From positions 14,314 to 38,313 of the forward strand of contig JAQVCW010000009.1 in the NCBI GenBank assembly GCA_028689585.1: a DNA stretch of 24,000 nucleotides, read 5' to 3'. The notes beneath the pieces are model-generated. The model was not told the origin of the DNA, ran no database searches, and was given only the letters and a program-made list of their open reading frames with translations. This document shows, piece by piece, positions 1 to 7,420 of this stretch; the stretch's first letter is position 1, and each line of letters starts with the position of its first letter. Origin of the DNA: Lachnospiraceae bacterium (GTDB lineage Bacteria; Bacillota; Clostridia; Lachnospirales; Lachnospiraceae). A program made the translations under genes and the position numbers.

Positions 1-1080
1 CAGCGTCAGGAGCACATCGGCAGGATTGCCGTTTCCTTTTCCGGCGGCTGCCTTATCCAGTTCGTTGATAATAAAGACCAGATTCGATTCTCCTGCCATG
101 GAAAAGGCTTCCATGATAATTCCGGGCTTTGCATTGGAATAGATGCGGGAGCTTCCGGTGAGCTGTTCCGGATCATTGATGGAACTCATATCCAGAGTAG
201 TCCAGGGCAGCTTCAGGATCCTGGCTACAGCGTAGGCAATCTGGGATTTTCCGGTTCCCGCAGGACCGGCCAGCAAAAGGCCATAGGCCGGGAGGGTGTG
301 GGTGCGGTTGATCTGGATGATGGTTTCGATGATCCTCTGCTTCACCCGTTCCATTCCATAGAGCTCCTCATCCAGAATGCGGCGTGCTTCCACGGGATCA
401 ATGGATTCAAAATAATTGGTTTTCCACTGGATGTTCATCATGATGGACAATGCACGCTGGGCATGACGGCGTTCTTCCGGCGTCACTTCATGAGAGCGGG
501 CAACCGCCAGATTCCGGCGTGCCCAGAGCCGGATATTATCCGGCATAGTTCTTCCGGCGCAGGTCATAAAGTCGGTAATACTCTGTATACTGGTCAGCTT
601 CATGCTGTCTCCGGTCTCATCGGCATCTTCTTCCTCGATTTCCTCAGAAGGGGCACTGCTGGCAAAAAGGCGGTCAATCATGAACTGGAGAAATCCATCC
701 TCTGCAGAGAGCTTGGCACCTCCGCCAAACGCAATCTCCCGAATTTTATAAACGGCATAGCCGTCTTCCCGATTGGCACCGGACAGACGCACATTGATAT
801 GATTTTCCCCCAGCCAGCGAAGCAGGCTGACAAAACGGGAATCTATTTTCAAAATATCTGCACTGACGATGCCGTCCTCCTCCTTGAACTCAAACGAGGT
901 CCGTTTGATGGGATTGGTAAAAATACCGCAGGAATGATGCTTCCACTCCCGTTCCCGGTTATCAAGAAGCAAAAGCGGCTGGTTGGCAGATGCAAAAGAC
1001 TGATTGGATTGAAATGTAGTATAGGTGCACTCAGACGGATTCGCCTTATTCGGAGTGTCCTTAAAATCAAATACTGGCAT
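1..1080 (-). CDS. Lon-type AAA+ ATPase, N-terminal 360 codons (gene runs off the window start)
   Basis: Absent from the ORF track because it is open at position 1. My own reverse-strand translation from ATG (1080..1078, AAGGAG 9 nt upstream) stays open to position 1. It contains LYGMERVKQRIIETI, Walker A GPAGTGKS (244-267), DPEQLTGSSRIYSNAKPG and VFIINELDKA. These parallel the Lon blocks HYGLE.VK.RI, GPPGVGKTS, EIRGHRRTYIG.MPG and FLLDEIDK. The first ~230 aa do not resemble a Lon N-domain that I recognise. Confidence 0.8.
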   Translation of the reverse strand, partial: MPVFDFKDTPNKANPSECTYTTFQSNQSFASANQPLLLLDNREREWKHHSCGIFTNPIKRTSFEFKEEDGIVSADILKIDSRFVSLLRWLGENHINVRLSGANREDGYAVYKIREIAFGGGAKLSAEDGFLQFMIDRLFASSAPSEEIEEEDADETGDSMKLTSIQSITDFMTCAGRTMPDNIRLWARRNLAVARSHEVTPEERRHAQRALSIMMNIQWKTNYFESIDPVEARRILDEELYGMERVKQRIIETIIQINRTHTLPAYGLLLAGPAGTGKSQIAYAVARILKLPWTTLDMSSINDPEQLTGSSRIYSNAKPGIIMEAFSMAGESNLVFIINELDKAAAGKGNGNPADVLLTL

Positions 1081-1110
1081 AATCGATTACTCCTTCTAAA
1101 TTTGCTTATT

Positions 1111-1249
1111 ACGCCCGCTTCGCAGGCTAGGCATATTACCTCATGCACTTTGTGCATTCGTGCCATACGCTCGCTTCGCGAGCTAGGCATATTACCTCAT
1201 GCACTTTGTGCATTCGTGCCGTACGCCCGCTTCGCAGGCTAGGCATATT
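1111..1249. repeat. 56-bp tandem repeat, 2.5 copies (1111-1166, 1167-1222, 1223-1249)
   Basis: Direct reading shows the unit acgcYcgcttcgcRRgctaggcatattacctcatgcactttgtgcattcgtgccRt. Each unit holds a GCYCGC-TTC-GCRRGC hairpin and a perfect ATGCAC-TTT-GTGCAT hairpin, bracketed by GGCA...TGCC. Confidence 0.9.
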
Positions 1250-1276
1250 GTATCATACTTTTTTTGGTGTTGTGAA
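1247..1276 (-). promoter_or_regulatory. putative sigma-A promoter for the AAA+ ATPase gene
   Basis: On the reverse strand: TTCACA (1276..1271), 18-nt spacer, extended -10 TGaTACAAT (1255..1247). This would make the tandem repeats a ~160-nt 5' UTR. Motif match only. Confidence 0.4.
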
Positions 1277-1496
1277 TGTTTTTATAAAAATCATCGCAGA
1301 TTTATGGCTTTTTAAGAGCCCTTCCGAAAACCGCTGCCGATGGCCCGCTGGAACGCTACATGCGTCTGCATGAAATATTCCAACTCACGAATCGTATTTC
1401 AGAGGATCCGCTCAATCCTGTGCTGATAACCGGCATTGATTTTTTCTGCTTTTTTGGACAATATTATTGTTAAATAATTAATTAATGTGAAACCTA

Positions 1497-1525
1497 TTGT
1501 TCAAAATTACAAAATAATATATAAT
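1497..1525 (+). promoter_or_regulatory. putative sigma-A promoter of the hydrogenase operon
   Basis: TTGTTC (1497-1502), 17-nt spacer, TATAAT (1520-1525), in an AT-rich tract ~60 nt upstream of hydC. Motif match only. Confidence 0.4.
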
Positions 1526-1586
1526 TAACTTTACATAATTGTACGGAAAATACAAATGTAAAATAACATGCAAAGGAGAATGCAGA

Positions 1587-2066
1587 ATGCTAGATCAGTC
1601 TTATTATCAAATGACAGATGAGATTATTGGGCGGTACGGGAAAGCCCCGGCTTCCCTGATTCCAATTCTGCAGGATATCCAGGAAGAATACCGTTATCTT
1701 CCGGGAGAACTGCTGACTTATGTTGCAGGCGAAATCGGCGTGAAGGAGGCGAAGGCTTACAGCGTTGCCACTTTTTATGAGAATTTTTCGTTTGAACAGA
1801 AGGGGAAATACGTGATCAAAGTCTGTGATGGAACGGCATGCCATGTGAGAAAATCGGCGCCGGTTCTGGAGGCACTGTTAAAGGAACTGGGCCTGAGCAA
1901 GAAGAAACACACTACGGATGATATGCTGTTCACAGTAGAGACGGTTTCCTGTCTGGGCGCCTGCGGACTGGCTCCGACTCTGATGGTGAATGAAGAAGTA
2001 CATCCCACCATGACACCGGAGAAGGCGATTGAATTGATACAGGAATTGCGAGGTGAGAGCAGATGA
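1587..2066 (+). CDS. hydC: NuoE-like thioredoxin-fold [2Fe-2S] subunit of an [FeFe]-hydrogenase (HydC type)
   Basis: ORF 1539..2066. I prefer ATG 1587 (MLDQSYYQ...), which follows AAGGAGA (1572-1578). Cys pattern VCDGTAC...SCLGACG is typical of NuoE/HydC. The stop overlaps the hydB start (ATGA). Confidence 0.88.
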   Translation: MLDQSYYQMTDEIIGRYGKAPASLIPILQDIQEEYRYLPGELLTYVAGEIGVKEAKAYSVATFYENFSFEQKGKYVIKVCDGTACHVRKSAPVLEALLKELGLSKKKHTTDDMLFTVETVSCLGACGLAPTLMVNEEVHPTMTPEKAIELIQELRGESR

Positions 2067-3958
2067 TGATGGACAGCAAAGAAAAAATATTGGCAGTGCG
2101 GGAAGAAGAGATTCAGAAGCTGAATGCCAGTGACTGCAGGATACTGGTCTGTTCAGGAACCGGCTGTATTGCCACAGGTTCCCATAAAATCTATGAAAAA
2201 TTCATGGAACTGGTTCAGGATACTCCTGGTATTGAGATCGAATTTGCTCCTCATGATTCTCATGATGAGAAGGAGGAGAAGGTCAGTGTAAAGAAAACCG
2301 GATGCCAGGGCGTATGTGAACTGGGGCCTCTGGTACGGATTCAGAAAAAAGATAAGGTGATTCAATACACGAAGGTTCAGATAGAAGACTGTCAGGAGAT
2401 TCTGGAACGCAGCGTTCTGGAGGACGAAGTGGTAGAACGTCTTCTTTATAAAAAGAAAGGCAAGGCTTATCTTGGCCCGGATGATATTCCTTTTATTGCA
2501 AAGCAGACCAGGATTGCATTGAAAAACTGCGGTAAATTTGACGCAGAATCCATGGGAGAATATTTGGCCAGCGGCGGCTTTGGCGCTATTATAAAGGCTC
2601 TTTATGAAATGACGCCGGAGGAAGTGGTGGATGCTGTAGACAAATCCGGTATACGCGGACGTGGAGGCGGCGGATTCCCGGCAGGCAGAAAATGGAAACA
2701 GGTAGCCAGACAGCCTGAGAAGATCCGTTACGTGGTATGCAATGGAGATGAGGGAGATCCGGGAGCATTTATGGATGGATCTGTTATGGAAGGAGATCCC
2801 TTCCGCCTGATTGAAGGAATGATGCTGGCCGCTTATGCAGTCAGTGCACAGAATGGCTATATCTATGTGCGTGCGGAATATCCCATGTCGGTAGCCAGAC
2901 TGAAACATGCGATTGCCTGCATGGAAGAGGCTGGGCTGTTGGGAGATCATATTCTGGGAACTGACTTCAGTTTTCAGTTACATATTAACCGGGGAGCAGG
3001 AGCGTTTGTCTGCGGCGAAGGCAGCGCGCTGACCGCATCTATTGAGGGCAACCGGGGAATGCCCCGTGTGAAGCCGCCCAGAACGGTGGAAAAGGGATTA
3101 TGGGAAAAGCCTACCGTATTGAACAATGTAGAGACCTTTGCCAATATTCCTGAGATTATTCTAAATGGCCCTGACTGGTACCGCGGTATCGGTACGGAGA
3201 GTTCGCCGGGCACCAAGACATTTTCTCTGACCGGTGCGATCGAAAATACCGGCCTGATCGAAGTTCCGATGGGAACCACACTTCGGGAGATTATTTTTGA
3301 TATCGGCGGCGGAGTAAAAGAAGGAGGAACCTTCAAAGCCGTGCAGATCGGCGGTCCGTCCGGCGGATGTCTGACGGAAAAGCATCTGGATGTGCCTCTG
3401 GACTTTGATTCCGTGAAAAAATACGGAGCGATTGTGGGCTCCGGCGGACTGGTGGTTATGGATGAGCATACCTGTATGGTAGAGGTGGCCCGTTTCTTTA
3501 TGAGTTTTACCCAGAGAGAATCCTGCGGAAAATGTGTGCCCTGCCGGGAGGGAACAAAGCGTATGCTGGAGATTTTGGAGAAAATCGTGGCAGGCGAGGG
3601 CGAGATAGAAGACATCGACCGGTTAAAAGAGCTGGGTGAGATGGTAAAGAGCATGGCTCTGTGCGGTCTTGGAAAGAGCGCTCCTCTGCCGGTGCTCAGT
3701 ACGCTGCGGGAGTTCATGGATGAGTATGTGGAACATATTCAGGATAAGAAATGCCGTGCAAAGGTCTGTCAGTCTCTGCGCCGGTTCATGATCAATCCGG
3801 AATTCTGCAAAGGCTGCGGAAAGTGCGCGAAGAACTGTCCGGTTGGCGCGATTACCGGTGTGAGAAAAGAATTTTACCATATTGATACCAGTATCTGTAT
3901 TAAGTGCAATGCATGTAAGGATAACTGCGCATTTGATGCAATTTATATTGAGGCATAG
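2063..3958 (+). CDS. hydB: NuoF-like NAD(P)H/FMN-binding Fe-S subunit of an [FeFe]-hydrogenase (HydB type)
   Basis: 631 aa. N-terminal 2Fe-2S-like domain (CSGTGC...CQGVCELGP). FMN/NADH core (GRGGGGFPAGRKW, DEGDPGAF). NuoF 4Fe-4S motif ESCGKCVPCREG. C-terminal 2x[4Fe-4S] ferredoxin motifs (CKGCGKCAKNCP, CIKCNACKDNC). Confidence 0.92.
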   Translation: MMMDSKEKILAVREEEIQKLNASDCRILVCSGTGCIATGSHKIYEKFMELVQDTPGIEIEFAPHDSHDEKEEKVSVKKTGCQGVCELGPLVRIQKKDKVIQYTKVQIEDCQEILERSVLEDEVVERLLYKKKGKAYLGPDDIPFIAKQTRIALKNCGKFDAESMGEYLASGGFGAIIKALYEMTPEEVVDAVDKSGIRGRGGGGFPAGRKWKQVARQPEKIRYVVCNGDEGDPGAFMDGSVMEGDPFRLIEGMMLAAYAVSAQNGYIYVRAEYPMSVARLKHAIACMEEAGLLGDHILGTDFSFQLHINRGAGAFVCGEGSALTASIEGNRGMPRVKPPRTVEKGLWEKPTVLNNVETFANIPEIILNGPDWYRGIGTESSPGTKTFSLTGAIENTGLIEVPMGTTLREIIFDIGGGVKEGGTFKAVQIGGPSGGCLTEKHLDVPLDFDSVKKYGAIVGSGGLVVMDEHTCMVEVARFFMSFTQRESCGKCVPCREGTKRMLEILEKIVAGEGEIEDIDRLKELGEMVKSMALCGLGKSAPLPVLSTLREFMDEYVEHIQDKKCRAKVCQSLRRFMINPEFCKGCGKCAKNCPVGAITGVRKEFYHIDTSICIKCNACKDNCAFDAIYIEA

Positions 3959-3972
3959 GAGGAGGGAAGAAC

Positions 3973-5661
3973 ATGGGTATTATGAAAATAGACGGTAGAA
4001 AAGTGGAATTTACCGATGAAAAAAATGTCCTCTCCGTAATCCGAAATGCCGGAATTAATATTCCGACGCTGTGCTATCACTCTGAGGTATCCACTTTTGG
4101 AGCCTGCAGATTATGTACGGTGGAAGATGACAAAGGAAGAACATTTGCATCCTGTTCCGAGGAACCGAGGGACGGAATGGTGATCTACACGAATTCAGGA
4201 AAGGTAAAGAAATACCGGAAGCTGATCGTAGAACTTTTGCTGGCAGCGCACTGCAGAGACTGTACCACCTGTGTACGAAGCGGGGAATGTACTTTGCAGG
4301 AGCTGGCCCGCAGACTTGGGGTTACCGATGTAAGATTTAAAAACACCAGAGAAGAACGTCCTATCGATGACAGCTCTCCTTCCATCATAAGAGATCCAAA
4401 CAAATGCATCCTGTGCGGTGACTGCGTCCGGGCCTGTGAAGAATTGCAGGGTATCGGAGCGCTGGGCTTTACCTTCCGCGGTACGGATGCGGTGGTCATG
4501 CCTGCATTTAACAAAAGGATTGCAGATACTTTCTGTGTGAACTGCGGTCAGTGCCGTGTGTTCTGTCCTACCGGCGCCATCAGTATCCGGAGCAATATCG
4601 ATGAGGTATGGGATGCTCTGGCAGACCCGGATGTTCGGGTAGTGGCTCAGGTGGCTCCTGCCGTGCGTGTGGCAGTGGGAGAAGCGTTCGGAGTAGAAAA
4701 GGGCCGGAGTGTTATGGGCAAGATCGTCAACGGCCTGCACCGGATGGGCTTTGATGAAGTATACGATACCACATTTGCAGCGGATATGACGGTTATGGAA
4801 GAGTCTGCGGAATTTCTGGAGCGGATTGAAAAGGGCGGCCCGCTGCCGCTGCTGACCTCCTGCTGTCCGGCCTGGGTAAAATACGTGACCGATCAGCGCA
4901 AAGAATTTATTCCAAATGTGTCCACCTGCCGTTCCCCGCAGGGAATGATGTCAGCCGCGGTGAAGGAATACTACCGTGACCCGCAGAAGGCAGCAGGTAA
5001 GAAGACGATTATGGTTTCCATTATGCCATGTACCGCAAAGAAGATGGAGGCGAAGCGTTCAAACAGCTTTACCAAAGGGGAACAGGATACGGATATTGTC
5101 ATTACGACCACAGAACTGATTCGCATGATCAAGAATTTCGGTCTGGATTTCTCGGCACTGATGCCGGAGTCCAGTGATATTCCGTTTGGCTTTGGCTCCG
5201 GCGGCGGTGTTTTATTCGGAGTGACCGGCGGTGTGACGGAGGCAGTGCTTCGGCGTCTGATTCCGGAACACGACAAGACAGCGCTGGATGAAATCGCTGA
5301 GAGCGGTGTCAGAGGTGACGATGCAGTGAAAGAACTGACAATCCCATATAAGGGAATGGATGTAAAAATCTGCGTGGTAAATGGTCTTGCAAATGCTGCC
5401 AGGATCATGGACAAGGTGAAAGCAGGAGAGGCAGAGTATCATCTGATCGAAGTGATGGCCTGCCGCCGTGGCTGCATCATGGGAGGCGGACAGCCTACTC
5501 ATGCGGGCCCAAGAACCAAGGCTGCCAGAGCGCATGGCATCTACAATGCGGATAATGTGGCTATCATCAAGAAACCGGATGAGAATCCGCTGCTGAATTC
5601 ACTGTATGAAACCCTGATGAAAGGGAAAGAGCACGAACTGCTCCATAATGAATTTTATTAA
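3973..5661 (+). CDS. hydA: [FeFe]-hydrogenase catalytic subunit
   Basis: 562 aa with RBS AGGAGGAGGG upstream. All three H-cluster signatures are present: TSCCPAWV, MPCTAKKMEA and EVMACRRGCIMGGGQP. The N-terminal part has a 2Fe-2S motif, a His-ligated cluster (HCRDCTTC...C) and two 4Fe-4S motifs (CILCGDCVRAC, CVNCGQCRVFCP). Confidence 0.95.
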   Translation: MGIMKIDGRKVEFTDEKNVLSVIRNAGINIPTLCYHSEVSTFGACRLCTVEDDKGRTFASCSEEPRDGMVIYTNSGKVKKYRKLIVELLLAAHCRDCTTCVRSGECTLQELARRLGVTDVRFKNTREERPIDDSSPSIIRDPNKCILCGDCVRACEELQGIGALGFTFRGTDAVVMPAFNKRIADTFCVNCGQCRVFCPTGAISIRSNIDEVWDALADPDVRVVAQVAPAVRVAVGEAFGVEKGRSVMGKIVNGLHRMGFDEVYDTTFAADMTVMEESAEFLERIEKGGPLPLLTSCCPAWVKYVTDQRKEFIPNVSTCRSPQGMMSAAVKEYYRDPQKAAGKKTIMVSIMPCTAKKMEAKRSNSFTKGEQDTDIVITTTELIRMIKNFGLDFSALMPESSDIPFGFGSGGGVLFGVTGGVTEAVLRRLIPEHDKTALDEIAESGVRGDDAVKELTIPYKGMDVKICVVNGLANAARIMDKVKAGEAEYHLIEVMACRRGCIMGGGQPTHAGPRTKAARAHGIYNADNVAIIKKPDENPLLNSLYETLMKGKEHELLHNEFY

Positions 5662-5668
5662 AAAAGCT

Positions 5669-5697
5669 TTGACATTTCATGAAATACTGGGTATATT
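5669..5697 (+). promoter_or_regulatory. putative sigma-A promoter directly after the hydA stop
   Basis: TTGACA (5669-5674), 17-nt spacer, TATATT (5692-5697). Confidence 0.5.
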
Positions 5698-5703
5698 GAA
5701 AAC

Positions 5704-5784
5704 AGATAAAAGGGAGTAACTGACGCTCAGGCGTTTGCGATATCGTCAATACGGTAAATATACCCGGTATCGTGAAGAAATAGT
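5704..5784 (+). promoter_or_regulatory. structured untranslated leader or small RNA of unknown class
   Basis: Lies between the promoter at 5669-5697 and the terminator at 5785-5829. It has no ORF with an RBS. Local hairpins include ACGC-tcag-GCGT and ATACGG-taaatata-CC(C)GGTAT. I could not match it to any riboswitch class I know. Confidence 0.35.
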
Positions 5785-5829
5785 GAGACTTTTATTGCGT
5801 ATACTATGCAATAAAGGTCTCATTTTTTG
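5785..5829 (+). terminator. intrinsic terminator (possible attenuator upstream of the transporter gene)
   Basis: 14-bp stem GAGACTTTTATTGC (5785-5798) / GCAATAAAGGTCTC (5808-5821) with one T:G pair, a 9-nt loop, then ATTTTTTG. Confidence 0.8.
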
Positions 5830-5915
5830 ATATCAACGGGAAATGTAATGCGCAGCATGACGGGCTTTGCAGCAAGAACGCAGGGGCGTTCTTGAATCTG
5901 ATTCGGAGGAAAAAT

Positions 5916-7172
5916 ATGGATTTAGGAAAGCAGACAATAAAGAACATACGGGGATTGATTGTATTTACAATTTTGATTTTTGTGAGCTTCTGGAATCTGG
6001 ATATTGTCCTGGAGGTACTGGGGTTTATCTGGAGCATTCTCTTTCCGTTCGCAGTAGGAGGAGCCATTGCATTTATCATTAATGTGCCCATGTCCTTTAT
6101 GGAAAAGAGATTATTTCGGCTGACGGAGAAGGAAAATAAAAAAGCAGAAACAAAAGATGCAGAAACAAAAAGGGCGGAAAAGAAGAAAAAAATACTGCAG
6201 AAATCCGCAAGGCCGGTGAGCCTGCTGCTTACCATTGTGCTGGTAATGGGCGTGATTATATTGGTTATCTTTTTTGTAGTGCCTCAGTTGGGACGAACCT
6301 TTGGAACCCTGGGAGATAACATTGCGGCTTTTATTCCTAAAATGCAGGAGTGGATCAGAGAGTTCAGCAATAACAATCAGGAGATTATGCAGTATGTAAA
6401 TCAGTTGGAGTTTAATCCGGACGAGTCACTGCACTGGATGATGTCTTTTCTGGAAAGTGGTGCGGGAAGTGTGATGAACACCACATTTGCTGCCGCAAAG
6501 GGTCTTCTAAGCGGGACAGCCACATTTATAATTGCCTTTGTATTTGGGTGCTATATTCTGCTCCAGAAGGAAAAGATGCATATTCAGGCCCGAAAAGTAC
6601 TGTATGCATTTCTTCCTAAGAGCAGAGCCGAGGCTGTGCTGAAGGTGTGCGCCCTGACTTATAAGACTTTTTCCAACTTTCTGACCGGACAATGCCTGGA
6701 AGCAGTTCTGTTAGGATGCATGTTCCTGTTTGCAATGACAATTTTCAAGATGCCTTATGCATTGCTGATCGGTGTGCTGATTGCGTTCTCCGCATTGATC
6801 CCTATATTCGGAGCATTTCTGGGCTGTGGAGTGGGAACCTTTCTTATCTTCATGGTAAATCCCCGGCAGGCCATCTGGTTTGTTGTACTCTTTCTCATAA
6901 TTCAGCAGATAGAAGGCAATTTTGTTTATCCTCATGTGGTCGGAAGCTCAGTGGGACTGCCCTCGGTCTGGGTGCTGGCAGCGGTCAGCGTTGGCGGAAG
7001 ACTTATGGGAGTAGTGGGAATGCTGATTTTTATTCCCATCGTATCCGTGTGCTATACTCTGTTCTGGAAGACGGTACATTTGAAACTAAAAGAGAAAAAA
7101 ATCAAAGAGGTGACAGCGCAGATGATTGAGGAAGAGGAGGACGGGGAAGAGAAGAAAAGACAATGCGAATGA
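5916..7172 (+). CDS. AI-2E / PerM (UPF0118) family membrane transporter
   Basis: ORF 5892..7172. I prefer ATG 5916, which follows GGAGGA (5905-5910). Multiple hydrophobic segments and the family-typical block IIQQIEGNFVYPHVVGSSVGLP. A Lys/Glu-rich loop (KENKKAETKDAETKRAEKKKK) is inserted after the first TM pair. Confidence 0.85.
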   Translation: MDLGKQTIKNIRGLIVFTILIFVSFWNLDIVLEVLGFIWSILFPFAVGGAIAFIINVPMSFMEKRLFRLTEKENKKAETKDAETKRAEKKKKILQKSARPVSLLLTIVLVMGVIILVIFFVVPQLGRTFGTLGDNIAAFIPKMQEWIREFSNNNQEIMQYVNQLEFNPDESLHWMMSFLESGAGSVMNTTFAAAKGLLSGTATFIIAFVFGCYILLQKEKMHIQARKVLYAFLPKSRAEAVLKVCALTYKTFSNFLTGQCLEAVLLGCMFLFAMTIFKMPYALLIGVLIAFSALIPIFGAFLGCGVGTFLIFMVNPRQAIWFVVLFLIIQQIEGNFVYPHVVGSSVGLPSVWVLAAVSVGGRLMGVVGMLIFIPIVSVCYTLFWKTVHLKLKEKKIKEVTAQMIEEEEDGEEKKRQCE

Positions 7173-7193
7173 AGCTGTATTTACAAGAAAAAT

Positions 7194-7218
7194 GGGCTGC
7201 TGTGTCAGCTCTTTTTTT
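7194..7218 (+). terminator. intrinsic terminator after the transporter gene
   Basis: GGGCTG-ctgtgt-CAGCTC stem-loop followed by TTTTTTT. Confidence 0.6.
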
Positions 7219-7298
7219 ACGCACTTTATTTATGAAAGAAAAAAATGTATGTGCATAATAAACAAAAAAAATATAATATTATTGTATTATATTGCAAA

Positions 7299-7326
7299 TT
7301 GACTAATTCCAAATAAATGATATAAT
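7299..7326 (+). promoter_or_regulatory. putative sigma-A promoter of the ROK/ABC cassette
   Basis: TTGACT (7299-7304), 16-nt spacer, extended -10 TGaTATAAT (7318-7326). Confidence 0.5.
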
Positions 7327-7332
7327 ATATAT

Positions 7333-7359
7333 TAATTAATAAAGTTTATTTATTAATTA
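7333..7359. promoter_or_regulatory. perfect 11-bp inverted repeat just downstream of the -10 (candidate operator)
   Basis: TAATTAATAAA (7333-7343), 5-nt spacer, TTTATTAATTA (7349-7359). The AT-rich background lowers its significance. Confidence 0.3.
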
Positions 7360-7420
7360 GAAAGATTACGATGTTGGGTAAGAAAATTATTAAACAAATA
7401 AAAGTCGAAGGTAAAGAAAA

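Noticed and set aside
298-1242. 314-aa + strand ORF, the longest listed ORF at the left end
   Set aside because: It is the antisense shadow of the reverse-strand AAA+ gene. It has no RBS and a composition-driven sequence with no motifs. It also runs through the tandem repeats. The reverse frame carries Walker A and Lon-type blocks.
1111-1249. CRISPR-like reading of the 56-bp array, and likewise of the 125-bp array at 21012-21322
   Set aside because: The whole period is repeated with no unique spacers between conserved repeats. There are only 2.5 copies and no cas genes in the window.
1269-1286. Possible Rex (redox-sensing repressor) operator TTGTGAATGTTTTTATAA upstream of the hydrogenase operon
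   Set aside because: Only one half-site (TTGTGAA) is good, and the other matches 5 of 7 positions. It lies ~300 nt upstream of hydC and overlaps the -35 I assign to the divergent promoter. A second candidate at ~1486-1505 has the wrong half-site spacing. The support is not enough to call a site.
1290-1440. GC-richer stretch upstream of hydC that might be a gene remnant or a decayed extra repeat copy (contains CATGC-gtct-GCATG)
   Set aside because: Only very short ORFs are present (for example a 19-codon reverse-strand ORF), and there is no recognisable protein similarity by eye. The resemblance to the 56-bp unit is limited to a similar small hairpin.
1539-1586. Upstream start for hydC (MYGKYKCKITCKGECR...)
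   Set aside because: There is no RBS, and the extension is an AT-rich-derived peptide. ATG 1587 follows AAGGAGA and matches the usual NuoE-like N-terminus.
2153-2950. 265-aa reverse-strand ORF, plus other long antisense ORFs at 2974-3717, 4195-4740 and 4971-5414
   Set aside because: All lie antisense to hydB or hydA, which have unmistakable cofactor motifs. None has a recognisable motif or RBS.
7220-7420. Searched the cassette borders (7220-7420 and 14324-14445) for direct repeats or att-like sites
   Set aside because: The two borders share only short AT-rich strings such as TATTTAT, which are expected by chance. No integrase, tRNA or clear duplication is present, so the mechanism of acquisition is unresolved.
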